A stretch of 62,783 bases of DNA, counting the filler, from Candidatus Woesearchaeota archaeon (GTDB taxonomy: Archaea; Nanobdellota; Nanobdellia; Woesearchaeales; CAZJJJ01), in assembly GCA_046538795.1 (NCBI GenBank). It is 5 parts of 5 records of this genome, joined end to end, with 100 filler letters (N's around TTAATTAATTAA, not from the genome) between each part and the next. Parts side by side here need not be neighbours in the genome. Positions count along the whole stretch, not along the records: positions 1 to 15,105 come from JBKHIF010000033.1; positions 15,206 to 30,281 come from JBKHIF010000034.1; 3 more parts are not named here. One strand, given 5' to 3'. Within the stretch, counting starts at the first letter, position 1, and each line of letters opens with the position of its first letter. Below are positions 8,680-18,076 of this stretch, piece by piece. Below the pieces are notes generated by a model. It searched no databases, was not told where the DNA came from, and worked only from the letters and a program-made list of their open reading frames with translations. A program made the position numbers and the translations under genes.

Positions 8680-10448
8680 CTCTTCTTATTTCCTACAACA
8701 GCAGTACTTATGAAAATATAGGCAGAAACCCCTACCATAAGTACCATAAACACTACTGATATATAAAATGCATTGAAAACAGTATCATTCTTATCAAGAG
8801 AAAAGTATGTCTTTTCTGTCCAAACCTGCTCATTATCTTCATAAAACGCAGATTGTATTTCATAATCGCCTTCATTAAGCGAACTAAGGGGAAGATCCTT
8901 GATAACTGTATTTATTTCTCCTTTCTTCAGATCAACATCAGGTGTATCCATGAATAAGGTTTCACCATCCTTGCCAAGAGTATATTCTAAGCTTACTTTC
9001 TCGCTATCCTTATTCCTGTTGTCTATTATGAAGATTGAATAAAATTTCTTCTCATCCTCATCATATCTTATCTTGACCGAATATTTAGGAACATTAAGAA
9101 CCACAGGAACAATAAATTCATCCACAAGCGCATCCTTATATGTCAATTGTATTGTTACAGAATCTGAATCAGGATTTGCAGGAAGGTTTAATTTCAATGA
9201 GCGATATACTTCGCCTCCTGCTGCAATCTTAGCTATGTCAATCTTTTTTGTCGACCATTTTCTTGCAGAAAGCTTAAGGCCTGATGCCTCCCTTACTCCT
9301 GTGTTCTTTAAAGATACATTAAGTACATAAGTATCAAGAATATCTGCTTCAATAGATTCGGCAGAAATTTCAACCTGAGGAAGAAACTCTGACAGAACTT
9401 CACATTCGTTTGGACAGCTACCACCACAGTCAACGCCTGTTTCATCCTTATTTTTTATGCCATCTGAACATGAACCGCCATATTCACAGCTTCTCATGAC
9501 ATCAGGCTTATTTCTTGTGGTTCCGCATTTATTATTATCAGTGCATGTTCTTGTCTGAGTGCCGTCTGACTTACATGCTCCATATAAAGAACACGTCCAG
9601 TCCTCTGTACAGCTTGAGTGCGATGGTGGCGCTCCTCCACCTCCGCCTCCTCCACCTCTGTTGTTTGAAGCAGAGGATGAAGAACTATCACCACTATCAT
9701 CTTCATCGTCATCGTCATCATCATCAACAGTACAAGATCTTGATTCAAAAGGATTTGGCCTTTCATCTGTTGTTCCGCATTCATTCAGGTCAGTACACGT
9801 TCTGGTCTGGGTGCCATCAACGCAATCCCCCCATGAATCGCAGTCCCAATTTTCTGTACAAGAACCTTCTATATAAATAGCAAGAGTATCATCCCCTGAT
9901 ATATCTGCTTCAGCATCCATCCCCTCTATCCAGTATTCACCTGAAAAATTATAGTTTCCTGGTGTTCCAGAAGCATTTACTATGTATGACAAATTTATGC
10001 TCTCTGCCTGCTCACTCTCATCAAGCACTATAAATTTCAGGGTATTTCCCTGAAGATCAAAAAGTCCCTGATCAACTATGTCAAATTCAGATGGAACAGT
10101 TTCTTCTAAAGCAAAATAAGTATGTACAAATTCAGGATCAACAATAACTTGTAAAGATATGTTAGTCAGATTGTTTCTCAAGATTGATGAAGAAATAAAA
10201 GATCTTTCCACACCAGAAATATCAGTGGGATCCAACGCCCTTCCTGTAATTGATGAGGAAAATCCAGAGGAAACGCTTTTTGAATAATCAATCTCATAAA
10301 GAAAAGGATTGTTCTTATAAGCATCATATACAAAAGTTCCTATAAATAATCCGCCAAACAAAAGAACAACGATAAATACAACAAAAAGACTATCAGAATA
10401 CAGATTTTTTTGAAAAATCTCATTTTTCCTTGTTTTTTTTTTTGACAT
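8676..10448 (-). CDS. Cell-surface protein with two TSP1-like Cys repeats, Ig-like domains and N- and C-terminal TMs
   Basis: CxExWxC..C.DGTQTRTCTDxNxCGTT twice, D/S/G-rich linker, several NxS/T sequons. Confidence 0.8.
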   Translation of the reverse strand: MSKKKTRKNEIFQKNLYSDSLFVVFIVVLLFGGLFIGTFVYDAYKNNPFLYEIDYSKSVSSGFSSSITGRALDPTDISGVERSFISSSILRNNLTNISLQVIVDPEFVHTYFALEETVPSEFDIVDQGLFDLQGNTLKFIVLDESEQAESINLSYIVNASGTPGNYNFSGEYWIEGMDAEADISGDDTLAIYIEGSCTENWDCDSWGDCVDGTQTRTCTDLNECGTTDERPNPFESRSCTVDDDDDDDEDDSGDSSSSSASNNRGGGGGGGGAPPSHSSCTEDWTCSLYGACKSDGTQTRTCTDNNKCGTTRNKPDVMRSCEYGGSCSDGIKNKDETGVDCGGSCPNECEVLSEFLPQVEISAESIEADILDTYVLNVSLKNTGVREASGLKLSARKWSTKKIDIAKIAAGGEVYRSLKLNLPANPDSDSVTIQLTYKDALVDEFIVPVVLNVPKYSVKIRYDEDEKKFYSIFIIDNRNKDSEKVSLEYTLGKDGETLFMDTPDVDLKKGEINTVIKDLPLSSLNEGDYEIQSAFYEDNEQVWTEKTYFSLDKNDTVFNAFYISVVFMVLMVGVSAYIFISTAVVGNKKR

Positions 10449-10575
10449 GTGTATACCAAATTTTTTATTTAGTTTAATTCTTTATAAAACTTTTGACAAT
10501 ACTAACAAAAATATTAACCACTGGATAGTGAATAAAACCAAAACATTTATAAAGTAAAGGATTTGCCAAGAACTT

Positions 10576-11055
10576 ATGGAATCAGGAAATCTATATGGGG
10601 ATGGAAATGAGAAAAAAGATTTTCTTATTAATTATATAGCTCTTTCAGCAAGTGCAGGAAAAATTGAATCTTTAGAATCAGCATTTAAACAAAACCTGGC
10701 AGCTTTTCGCCTATGCGAGAAAATCCAGGATACCATTAGTGAAATTGATAAAAGACAGGCTTGTCTTTATCGTTCCACAGATCTTTTCTATCAATCATCA
10801 TCAGATCCTGAAGCGATTGAAAAACTAATTGAAAACACTCTGGAAGACATTGATGATTTACTTATGCTTCGTTCAAACTTCCTTGAACTGCATAATGAGG
10901 TGGTTCAGAGGTATTTTCCTGAAACCAGGCCTGATTATAGCAAAGGAAATCCACAAATCTACAGACAGACATTAAATGATATCTGTTCAGAGACAAGATG
11001 TTCTTCTCCAGAAATTCCAACAGATTATAATGGAGACGCTTCATTTCTGAATTAA
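10576..11055 (+). CDS. Hypothetical protein
   Basis: 159-aa ORF behind a TTTATAAA box. Confidence 0.6.
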   Translation: MESGNLYGDGNEKKDFLINYIALSASAGKIESLESAFKQNLAAFRLCEKIQDTISEIDKRQACLYRSTDLFYQSSSDPEAIEKLIENTLEDIDDLLMLRSNFLELHNEVVQRYFPETRPDYSKGNPQIYRQTLNDICSETRCSSPEIPTDYNGDASFLN

Positions 11056-11056
11056 G

Positions 11057-11211
11057 ATAACTCAAGCCGATGGCAATTCCCCTACCTGCGGTGCATTGCT
11101 CCAAAGAATTACCCTTTCAGGGCAAGCCCCAGAAAAACGCAAAAAATTTTTTAAATTTTTGCGCACATTGAAACAAGGTTTCAATCGTGTTTCATGCGAA
11201 ATATTCAATAA
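11057..11211 (+). repeat. Dispersed structured intergenic repeat, copy 2
   Basis: Homologous to 1308-1506 and 35343-35486. Confidence 0.92.
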
Positions 11212-11285
11212 ATCCATCTTTTTTCATTTTTGATTAATCGCCAGTAGAAAAATATATTAATTCTGACTCATACAGTCATGAACAT

Positions 11286-11978
11286 ATGGGTAATAAATCA
11301 GTCTATATAATCTGCGCTCACTCAGATGACCAGGTTTTAGGCGTAGGGGGAACCGCAGCAAAATATGCACGTGAAGGGATAGATGTAATTACGATAATAA
11401 TGTCCTATGGAGAAATGTCTCATTTTTGGATGCAGGGAAAATTCACTACAAAGATGAGAGTCAAGGAAAGCCAGAAAGCAAATGAAGTGCTGAATGGGAA
11501 AAAAGTAATGTTTTTTGGCCTGAAGGAAGGAAAGTTCAAAGAAGACATAAGAAAAAAGAATCTTTTGAAAAACCTTCGAAAGATGATAAATGAAGATAAG
11601 CCGACCAAGATATTTACTCATTCTATAAACGATCCCCACCCAGACCACAGGGAGACCCTTGAGATTGTCGCAGATGCAGTATCAGGTTCAAGACATAAGC
11701 CAGACATATATACATTTCTTATCTGGAACCCTATACCTATTAAAAAAAGAAACCGGCCAAAGCTTGTTGTGGATACTTCAAAGACGACTAAACTAAAGAT
11801 AAGGTCTGCGTTCTGTTTCAAATCCCAAAAATTATCCATACTCCAGCTTCTTCCGGTAATTATTGCAACCAACTTCATAAACGGATTCAAATACAACATG
11901 AGATTTGCAGAATTATTTTTCAGGTATGATATTGATGACCACAAAAAATCAAAAAGGAAAAAAAGAAGAAAAAGATAA
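11286..11978 (+). CDS. PIG-L/LmbE family N-acetylglucosaminyl deacetylase
   Basis: CAHSDD, GGT, GE, RxxE, HPDH metal motifs. Confidence 0.88.
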   Translation: MGNKSVYIICAHSDDQVLGVGGTAAKYAREGIDVITIIMSYGEMSHFWMQGKFTTKMRVKESQKANEVLNGKKVMFFGLKEGKFKEDIRKKNLLKNLRKMINEDKPTKIFTHSINDPHPDHRETLEIVADAVSGSRHKPDIYTFLIWNPIPIKKRNRPKLVVDTSKTTKLKIRSAFCFKSQKLSILQLLPVIIATNFINGFKYNMRFAELFFRYDIDDHKKSKRKKRRKR

Positions 11979-13089
11979 GACAAAAGAACAGGATAATAAA
12001 GAAAAAAGGAAAAAAAGACTCCTTGTAGCAACAGACTCCTATCTTCCTAGATGGGATGGTGTTGCAAGATTCCTTTCTGAAATAATCCCTGAGATAGATG
12101 ATGATTTTGACATAACTCTTGTTGCGCCAAGCTTTCCTGGAAAATATTCACAGAACAACAAGATAAAAGAAGTCCGTTTTCCGCTCCAGAAATTAAGGAT
12201 CGGAGATTATACTCCTCCAAAAGCCTCCAGAAAAAAAATAGAGAAGCTTGTAAAGGAATCAGATCTTGTATGGAGCCATACTATAGGTCCTATCGGATCT
12301 TCAGCAATAAACTCTGCAAAAAAACTAAAGAAAAAAACAGTCGCATACATACACTCTATAGAATGGGAGCTTGTTTCAAATTCAATCAACAAGCCGCTAC
12401 TAAGAGATCCTGTATCTATGATAGTCAAAGAATATAGCAAGAACCTCTACAACAAATGCTCTCTTCTTATGGTACCATCAAGAAAGACAGGCGACATCCT
12501 CCAGTGGAAAAAGATAACCACCCATAAAATAGTAGTAAGGCTTGGAGTAAATACATCAAAATTCCTGCCTCCTCTAAATAAGGATGCTGCCAAGATGAAC
12601 CTGAATATAAGCCCGAAAATGAAAGTCATTGGGTTTACAGGCAGGGTTGCATATGAAAAAAACCTAAAAACTCTTGCAAGAGCATTCATAAGACTAAAAG
12701 ATGAATATGAAAATATAATCCTTCTGATTGTGGGAGACGGCGTTCCTGAACTCAAAGAAAAATTCTCAAAGATAGAAGGCGTCAAGATGGTAGGATCAAA
12801 AGATAATATCGTGCAATATCTTCAGGCAATGGATATCTATGTACTTCCATCGCTTACTGAGACTACATCATTAAGCACTCTTGAAGCAATGTCATGCGAG
12901 ATACCTGTAGTTGCAACCCCTGTAGGTGATGTAGCATTCTATCTTGTAAACAACGTCAACGGATTCAAGTTTTCAAAAGAAAACTCTTTTGACCTTGTAG
13001 TAAAACTAAGAAAACTTCTTGACAATCCTGAACTTAGAAAAAGGATAGGAACAGCTGCAAGAAGCACTGTTGTCGAAAATTTTTCATGA
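11935..13089 (+). CDS. GT4 family glycosyltransferase (probably ending 17 codons early at TGA)
   Basis: TDSYLPRWDGV, GRVAYEKN, VGDG, PSLTET...LEAMSC motifs. Confidence 0.9.
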   Translation: MTTKNQKGKKEEKDKTKEQDNKEKRKKRLLVATDSYLPRWDGVARFLSEIIPEIDDDFDITLVAPSFPGKYSQNNKIKEVRFPLQKLRIGDYTPPKASRKKIEKLVKESDLVWSHTIGPIGSSAINSAKKLKKKTVAYIHSIEWELVSNSINKPLLRDPVSMIVKEYSKNLYNKCSLLMVPSRKTGDILQWKKITTHKIVVRLGVNTSKFLPPLNKDAAKMNLNISPKMKVIGFTGRVAYEKNLKTLARAFIRLKDEYENIILLIVGDGVPELKEKFSKIEGVKMVGSKDNIVQYLQAMDIYVLPSLTETTSLSTLEAMSCEIPVVATPVGDVAFYLVNNVNGFKFSKENSFDLVVKLRKLLDNPELRKRIGTAARSTVVENFS

Positions 13090-13147
13090 ACAAAAACCGC
13101 AAAAAACATAAAGCAGATATTATCAGATCTTGCCAAATAGAACTAAA

Positions 13148-13759
13148 ATGAAAAAAACAAAAGCAGTTCTTCTCCTTTCATCAGGAATAGACAGTCCTGT
13201 CGCAGGACATATAGCTAAAAAACAGGGCATAGAGTTACATGCAGTGTCATTCTACCAAAACAAGATCCAGACAAAAAAGGTAAAAAAGCTTGCTGAAAAA
13301 ATCGGTGCTAAAAGCCTTCATATGATGAAGCACAAGAATTTCATGGACGAGATCTCAAAAAAGTGCGCTCCTGAATACATCTGCATACTTTGCAAAAGAT
13401 TCATGTACCGTGTTGCTTCAATGTTTGCTGAAAAAAATGATATCAAATATATTATCGACGGAAGCAATCTTGGACAGGTTGCATCACAGACACTTAGCAA
13501 TCTTGTCATAACCTCAAAAGCTGTCGATAAAGAGATACTCAGGCCTCTTTTAGGAAAAGAAAAGACAGAGACAATGGAAATTGCGCGCAAAATAGGAACA
13601 CTTGATATTTCCAATGAAACAGAAGAATCCTGCAAATATGTTCCAAAAAAACCTTCTACGAAATCAACACAATACGCAATAGAAAAGCAAGAAAAAAAGC
13701 TTGATATAGATTCACTTTGTGAAACTACTTTGGAGAGTTCTGAAGATATTAAATTATAG
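13148..13759 (+). CDS. ThiI-like PP-loop sulfurtransferase catalytic domain lacking THUMP
   Basis: LLSSGIDSPVA, CILC, LGQVASQTLSNL, RPLLG, ARKIGT plus C-terminal Cys. Confidence 0.82.
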   Translation: MKKTKAVLLLSSGIDSPVAGHIAKKQGIELHAVSFYQNKIQTKKVKKLAEKIGAKSLHMMKHKNFMDEISKKCAPEYICILCKRFMYRVASMFAEKNDIKYIIDGSNLGQVASQTLSNLVITSKAVDKEILRPLLGKEKTETMEIARKIGTLDISNETEESCKYVPKKPSTKSTQYAIEKQEKKLDIDSLCETTLESSEDIKL

Positions 13760-13961
13760 ATTTTATTTCAGGAACAATATTGTCAACAGAATCATAATCA
13801 ATGATTTTTTTGCATGCAACTTTCTGCGATCTTGAAACAGTTGATGCTTTTCTGCATATTCCTATAACAGGAATATCCATGACATAAGCCATACCCAATT
13901 CCATGTCCCGCCCACTGGAAGAAAAAGATAATTCTGCAATAACAAATAAAATAGAAAACAA
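13749..13961 (-). pseudogene. 5'-truncated fragment of nucleoside 2-deoxyribosyltransferase-like gene
   Basis: IAELSFSSSGRDMELGMAYVMDIPVIGI resembles the NDT C-terminal half; no room for the N-terminal half before the next gene. Confidence 0.5.
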
Positions 13962-13983
13962 GTATAAATATATTTAGGAATTC

Positions 13984-14502
13984 TCACATATAACTGTTCA
14001 GATCCTTTACAAACAGGCTTCTTGTTACTGCTTCGTCAATCTTTACAATATTCTGCCTTGCTTGTTTTTCTTTGAACTTGGAATCAAGAATATAGTAGCT
14101 CTCATCACCCATCTTCTGCGTTATTATAGGAATATCTTTGTCAACAATAAACATGAGAATTTTTTCGACTAACGCAGCAGGAAGCTGGGTTCGTTTTACA
14201 ATTTCAAAAAAAGAAAGTGGGGAATGCTCAAGATAGAGCGCCAAGAAAACTTTTTGTTCGTGTGGTGAAAGTGTAATAACGAGGTCTTTTTGGCTTTTGA
14301 GGTCTTTCAGGAAAAAAGATATTTCGTCGATCTTTTCGGAAAGTTTCTCTATCTTGGCATCAACTTCACAAATGTAATCGTAGTTTTCCCGGATTTCGTT
14401 GGTGTTCTCGTTGATCGCATTGAGGTGTTCTGCGAATTCTTCTTTGATAGCACCAAAGGCATCCTTGATTCGTTTAACATCGATAGCTCTGTCATCTCTC
14501 AT
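13984..14502 (-). CDS. Coiled-coil plus winged-helix hypothetical protein
   Basis: N-terminal heptads, LSPHEQKVFLALY wHTH-like start; strong SD. Confidence 0.7.
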   Translation of the reverse strand: MRDDRAIDVKRIKDAFGAIKEEFAEHLNAINENTNEIRENYDYICEVDAKIEKLSEKIDEISFFLKDLKSQKDLVITLSPHEQKVFLALYLEHSPLSFFEIVKRTQLPAALVEKILMFIVDKDIPIITQKMGDESYYILDSKFKEKQARQNIVKIDEAVTRSLFVKDLNSYM

Positions 14503-14668
14503 ATTACCATCCCCACCCCCGGAAAATCTAAATAATGAAGTTCTTTAAATAGTTTTCTTTCTACTGACTGATGAAAAGAATCATACTATTTAATCTTATA
14601 TGTAAAGGAGAATAACAAATATAAAATTTCTATCGCAACATATTTAAAAGAGTATATTCAAAAATATA

Positions 14669-15105
14669 ATGATGGAAAAAAAGAGGCATGTAAAGACCCT
14701 GGACGATTTCTATGGCCTGATAGATGAATCAAAAAAGACAAAACGAAATATCATAAAGGAATATCCTGATGTATCGCAAAAAAACATAATCCTCCTTAAA
14801 TCATATCTTGAATCTCTTCTTGGAATAATGAAGGTTCAGGGAAAACAGGTCCTTTACACCAAAGAAGGAAAAAGCACAAGGATTGATATTTCATATGAGA
14901 TTTCTGAACTGAAAAAAGACATAGCATTTCTTGAGCAGGGAGAAAAGTATTTTGAAACCTATCTCCAAAGGATGCATAAAGATCTGAAAAAAGAATCACA
15001 AAATCTTTCAAGAAAGCTAAAAAAAGACTTCAGCTGCCTTGCGACAGACAGGGATGGAACAATCAATAACTACTGCGCAAGATACATTTCATCTGTCCAG
15101 TCAGT
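14669..15105 (+). CDS. HAD phosphatase, probable trehalose-6-phosphate phosphatase with N-terminal helical domain (partial at contig end)
   Basis: Helical N-terminus then TDRDGTINNYCARYISSVQS (DxD motif I), resembling the nematode-type T6PP group. Confidence 0.6.
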
Positions 15106-15205
15106 NNNNNNNNNNNNNNNNNNNNNNNNNNNNNNNNNNNNNNNNNNNNTTAATTAATTAANNNNNNNNNNNNNNNNNNNNNNNNNNNNNNNNNNNNNNN
15201 NNNNN
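15106..15205. other. Artificial contig linker
   Basis: N44-TTAATTAATTAA-N44 (stops in all frames). Confidence 0.98.
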
Positions 15206-15262
15206 TTTTTACTTAAGGCAGAAAGCTAACAAATTTTATTGATCTGTTTTATCATCATCTTC

Positions 15263-16162
15263 TTATCCTTTTCTCATTGTGAAAACTTCTTCAAAATCAA
15301 ATTTCCACAGTCTTTTCCAGCCTGTGTCTCCAACAAGAAAATCTATCTCAGAATGATTTTTTTCAATCGCATTTTCAATGTGTCTGTATATCAGGAGTTT
15401 TCCAAGGTTTGCATAAGATGTGTCATATCCTCCATTGAGAACATAATATTTATCTTTATTACGCACAGCAATTTCTGTGCCCACTGTTTTTCCTTTATCT
15501 TTTAATGTAAAAACCTCAAGGCTGTTTTTTTCTTTCATAACTTTTACGAATCCCTTGAATTCTTTTATGAAAGTCTCATCATAGAAATCAGATTCTTCCT
15601 TGAATCTTTCAACATTAAATCTTATAAGAGCATCATAATCAACTTCATTGGTCCATTCTTTTTTTAAACTATAATTATCTGCTTTTCTGATATCATAGAG
15701 AAAATTTTTTCTGTGTTTTGGGCTGAAGGTCGAAAGATAGTTTTCCATCTTATTCTTGAACTTATCGAGCTTGAGAAAATACCTGTAATCAGATTCTTTG
15801 AAATACTCTTTTAGTTTTGGGTTTTTTTCAGTAATCTTTTTTGCTGTCTTTCCGCTGATATCAAAAAGTGCTGCAGGGGATGGTATGAGATCAAAAATTA
15901 TGCTGAAATCTGATGGAGACATCCATATATCTCTGTTTTCCGGGTAGTTCCCTCCGAAAAAATAATATTTTTTCATCTCTTTGTCATACCAAAGAGGCAG
16001 GAGTCCGCTGTCTTCTTCAAGAAGTATGAAGTATGGTTCATGGATATTTTCATAATAGAAAGAGAAAACAACATCCCATTCATCCCAAATGGTTTTGTTT
16101 TTTGAGAACCTGTTCCACAGGTTTTTGCATGTTTCAAGATCCTTTATGATTCTTGTTTTCAT
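15263..16162 (-). CDS. GNAT-family acyltransferase (CelD/BcsL/FemAB-like)
   Basis: YLSTFSPKHRKNF, GGYDTSYANLGKLL, IDFLVGDTGWKRLW. Confidence 0.8.
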   Translation of the reverse strand: MKTRIIKDLETCKNLWNRFSKNKTIWDEWDVVFSFYYENIHEPYFILLEEDSGLLPLWYDKEMKKYYFFGGNYPENRDIWMSPSDFSIIFDLIPSPAALFDISGKTAKKITEKNPKLKEYFKESDYRYFLKLDKFKNKMENYLSTFSPKHRKNFLYDIRKADNYSLKKEWTNEVDYDALIRFNVERFKEESDFYDETFIKEFKGFVKVMKEKNSLEVFTLKDKGKTVGTEIAVRNKDKYYVLNGGYDTSYANLGKLLIYRHIENAIEKNHSEIDFLVGDTGWKRLWKFDFEEVFTMRKG

Positions 16163-17460
16163 GATTCTCTTAGATAGCCCCAGCTATGAAGCTTGTCGCT
16201 GTCCTCAAACCATCTGTTTCCTATGTCGTGCCTGTAATACATATGGGGCAGGATTATGTTCTTTATTCTACCATATGCCTGAGCCTGGGCCTGTTTCATG
16301 GAAATTCCTGTCCCGCATGCTACAAGCACTACTCCTGATGTCCCTGCGACAAGCCATTTTCCGTTGACAAGCTTTACGTCTTCTATGTGTATCCCGTCAT
16401 GATTCTTGTTTTTGTTCTTGAAGCTTATCACGCTGTCTTTTGACTTCACATCGTATGTTTCTTTGTCGTTATAAGGGAACGGCGGAACGACTATCCTTAT
16501 TCCAATCTGGAATCCTGTTTTTGCTTTGAAAGTCTTAAGGGTTCCTTTTGCAAGGCCATAGAGGAATTCTCCAATTGGTGTGTTGATGCCTTCGCTTTGT
16601 ATGAATATGGTGGGATAGCCGAATCTTGCAGTCCATTCAAGGGGATATATTCCCTGCGAGTTTACTATGCAGTTAATGTCTATGTAGCCGACATATTTTT
16701 CTTCTGCAAGTCTGGATTCCATCTTTTTAAGGGTCTGATTGAAAAGCTTATTTGGTCCGCTCCAGAACATGGTTGTTCCCATTTCTCCTGTTGAAGGACC
16801 CAGGTTTCCGGGAAAAAGCTTTTTGTGCTCAAAATTGATATTGATTGGGTATACAAATTCAGAACCATTGAAAAAAGCACCTACTGCGACTTCAACTCCT
16901 GTCATTCTTTTTTGTATCTGGAATGTTGGAATCTTGTGTGCCCATGCTTTACTGTAATCGCTAAGCACATTTATTACATCATTTCCGTTATCTTCTTCTC
17001 CAACAAATAGCAGTCCTTTGATATTTGCTCCAGGCCCTCCTGATGGTTTTATAACATATTTGTTAGGATTTTCTCTTATGAATTCAATTGCCTCATCAAA
17101 AGAGGTAAACAGTCTGTGCGGGATTATATGTATGCCCACTTTTTTTAGTTCATCCTGTCCGAATCCTCTGTCATCTTCAAGCTTATCTGTATAGGGGGTT
17201 CCTCCGATAACTGCTTTTCCTTTTTCTCTTAACTCTTTGGCTTTTGCTCCTTGTCCTAATGTGTCATCAAAAATAATCACATCAGCCCAGTCTACATGAG
17301 ATTTCCAGTCGTCTATCATCTCAAAGAATCCTGATCCTACATCGCGTTCTTCAGGATCATCTACATAATATTTTACCTGATGGCCTTCCTGTACAAGCCG
17401 CCAGGCAATGTCTCCTATAAGGTTTGTAAGAGACACAAAAAGAAATCTTGCAGGTTCCAT
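16159..17460 (-). CDS. PurD-like ATP-grasp ligase
   Basis: LEDDRGFG, YVIKP, GVEVA, EHKK, GPSTGEMG, LEWTARFGYP motifs of the GAR synthetase family. Confidence 0.8.
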   Translation of the reverse strand: MEPARFLFVSLTNLIGDIAWRLVQEGHQVKYYVDDPEERDVGSGFFEMIDDWKSHVDWADVIIFDDTLGQGAKAKELREKGKAVIGGTPYTDKLEDDRGFGQDELKKVGIHIIPHRLFTSFDEAIEFIRENPNKYVIKPSGGPGANIKGLLFVGEEDNGNDVINVLSDYSKAWAHKIPTFQIQKRMTGVEVAVGAFFNGSEFVYPININFEHKKLFPGNLGPSTGEMGTTMFWSGPNKLFNQTLKKMESRLAEEKYVGYIDINCIVNSQGIYPLEWTARFGYPTIFIQSEGINTPIGEFLYGLAKGTLKTFKAKTGFQIGIRIVVPPFPYNDKETYDVKSKDSVISFKNKNKNHDGIHIEDVKLVNGKWLVAGTSGVVLVACGTGISMKQAQAQAYGRIKNIILPHMYYRHDIGNRWFEDSDKLHSWGYLRES

Positions 17461-17645
17461 TTGTCAAAAGAAAATATATATGGGTTAATAAACTTTATTT
17501 TTTATACTTTTTTTCATGTTTTTGCATATTTAACTTATAAGCTTTAATCCAACAAAAACTTTATAAATAACGTATAGTTCTTAAGGCTTTGTAAGAGAGA
17601 GGAAGAATAGTTGTGACTATTTTTCTTAATGGTCGTTTGATCAAA

Positions 17646-18014
17646 ATGAAGACTAAACCTTTAAGTCCTACACTGAGGGAAAGAAAAAGATATCTTGTAT
17701 ATGAAGTAATTTCTGAATCAGACATAGGTGATGTTTACAGAATATCAGATTCAATCAAAAATAGCATGAAATCATATATCGGAGAAAAGGATCTCGGTAA
17801 AGCAGGTCTTTATTTCCTAAATCATAAGTTTAACAGGAAACTTAATCGAGGGATTGTGCGTGTTGAGAATAACCATATTGACAATCTTCGTTCATCTCTT
17901 GCGCTTGTTGAAAAGATTGATGAGGATCCTGTGATCGTAAGAAGCGTGGGTGTTTCAGGCATATTAAAAAAAGCAGAAGAAAAATTCCTTTTTTTTCAAG
18001 CTAAAGCCGCATGA
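17646..18014 (+). CDS. rnp2: Ribonuclease P protein component 2 (Pop5/Rpp14)
   Basis: PTLRERKRYLVYEV, GVSGILKKA; conserved position upstream of psmA. Confidence 0.92.
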   Translation: MKTKPLSPTLRERKRYLVYEVISESDIGDVYRISDSIKNSMKSYIGEKDLGKAGLYFLNHKFNRKLNRGIVRVENNHIDNLRSSLALVEKIDEDPVIVRSVGVSGILKKAEEKFLFFQAKAA

Positions 18015-18076
18015 TATGAGCACGACATGATATTCATAATTTAATACAATAATGTTTTTGGAGAGGGTGATAAAAA

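Noticed and set aside
13087..13089. Genome-wide TGA or TAG recoding
   Set aside because: Conserved genes end at the expected positions with TGA (aIF5B, radB) and TAG (psmA, SBDS, aRF1).
15106..15205. Recurrent TTAATTAATTAA within N runs (four times)
   Set aside because: Synthetic contig linker. ORF-track proteins running into X or ending in LIN are artefacts.
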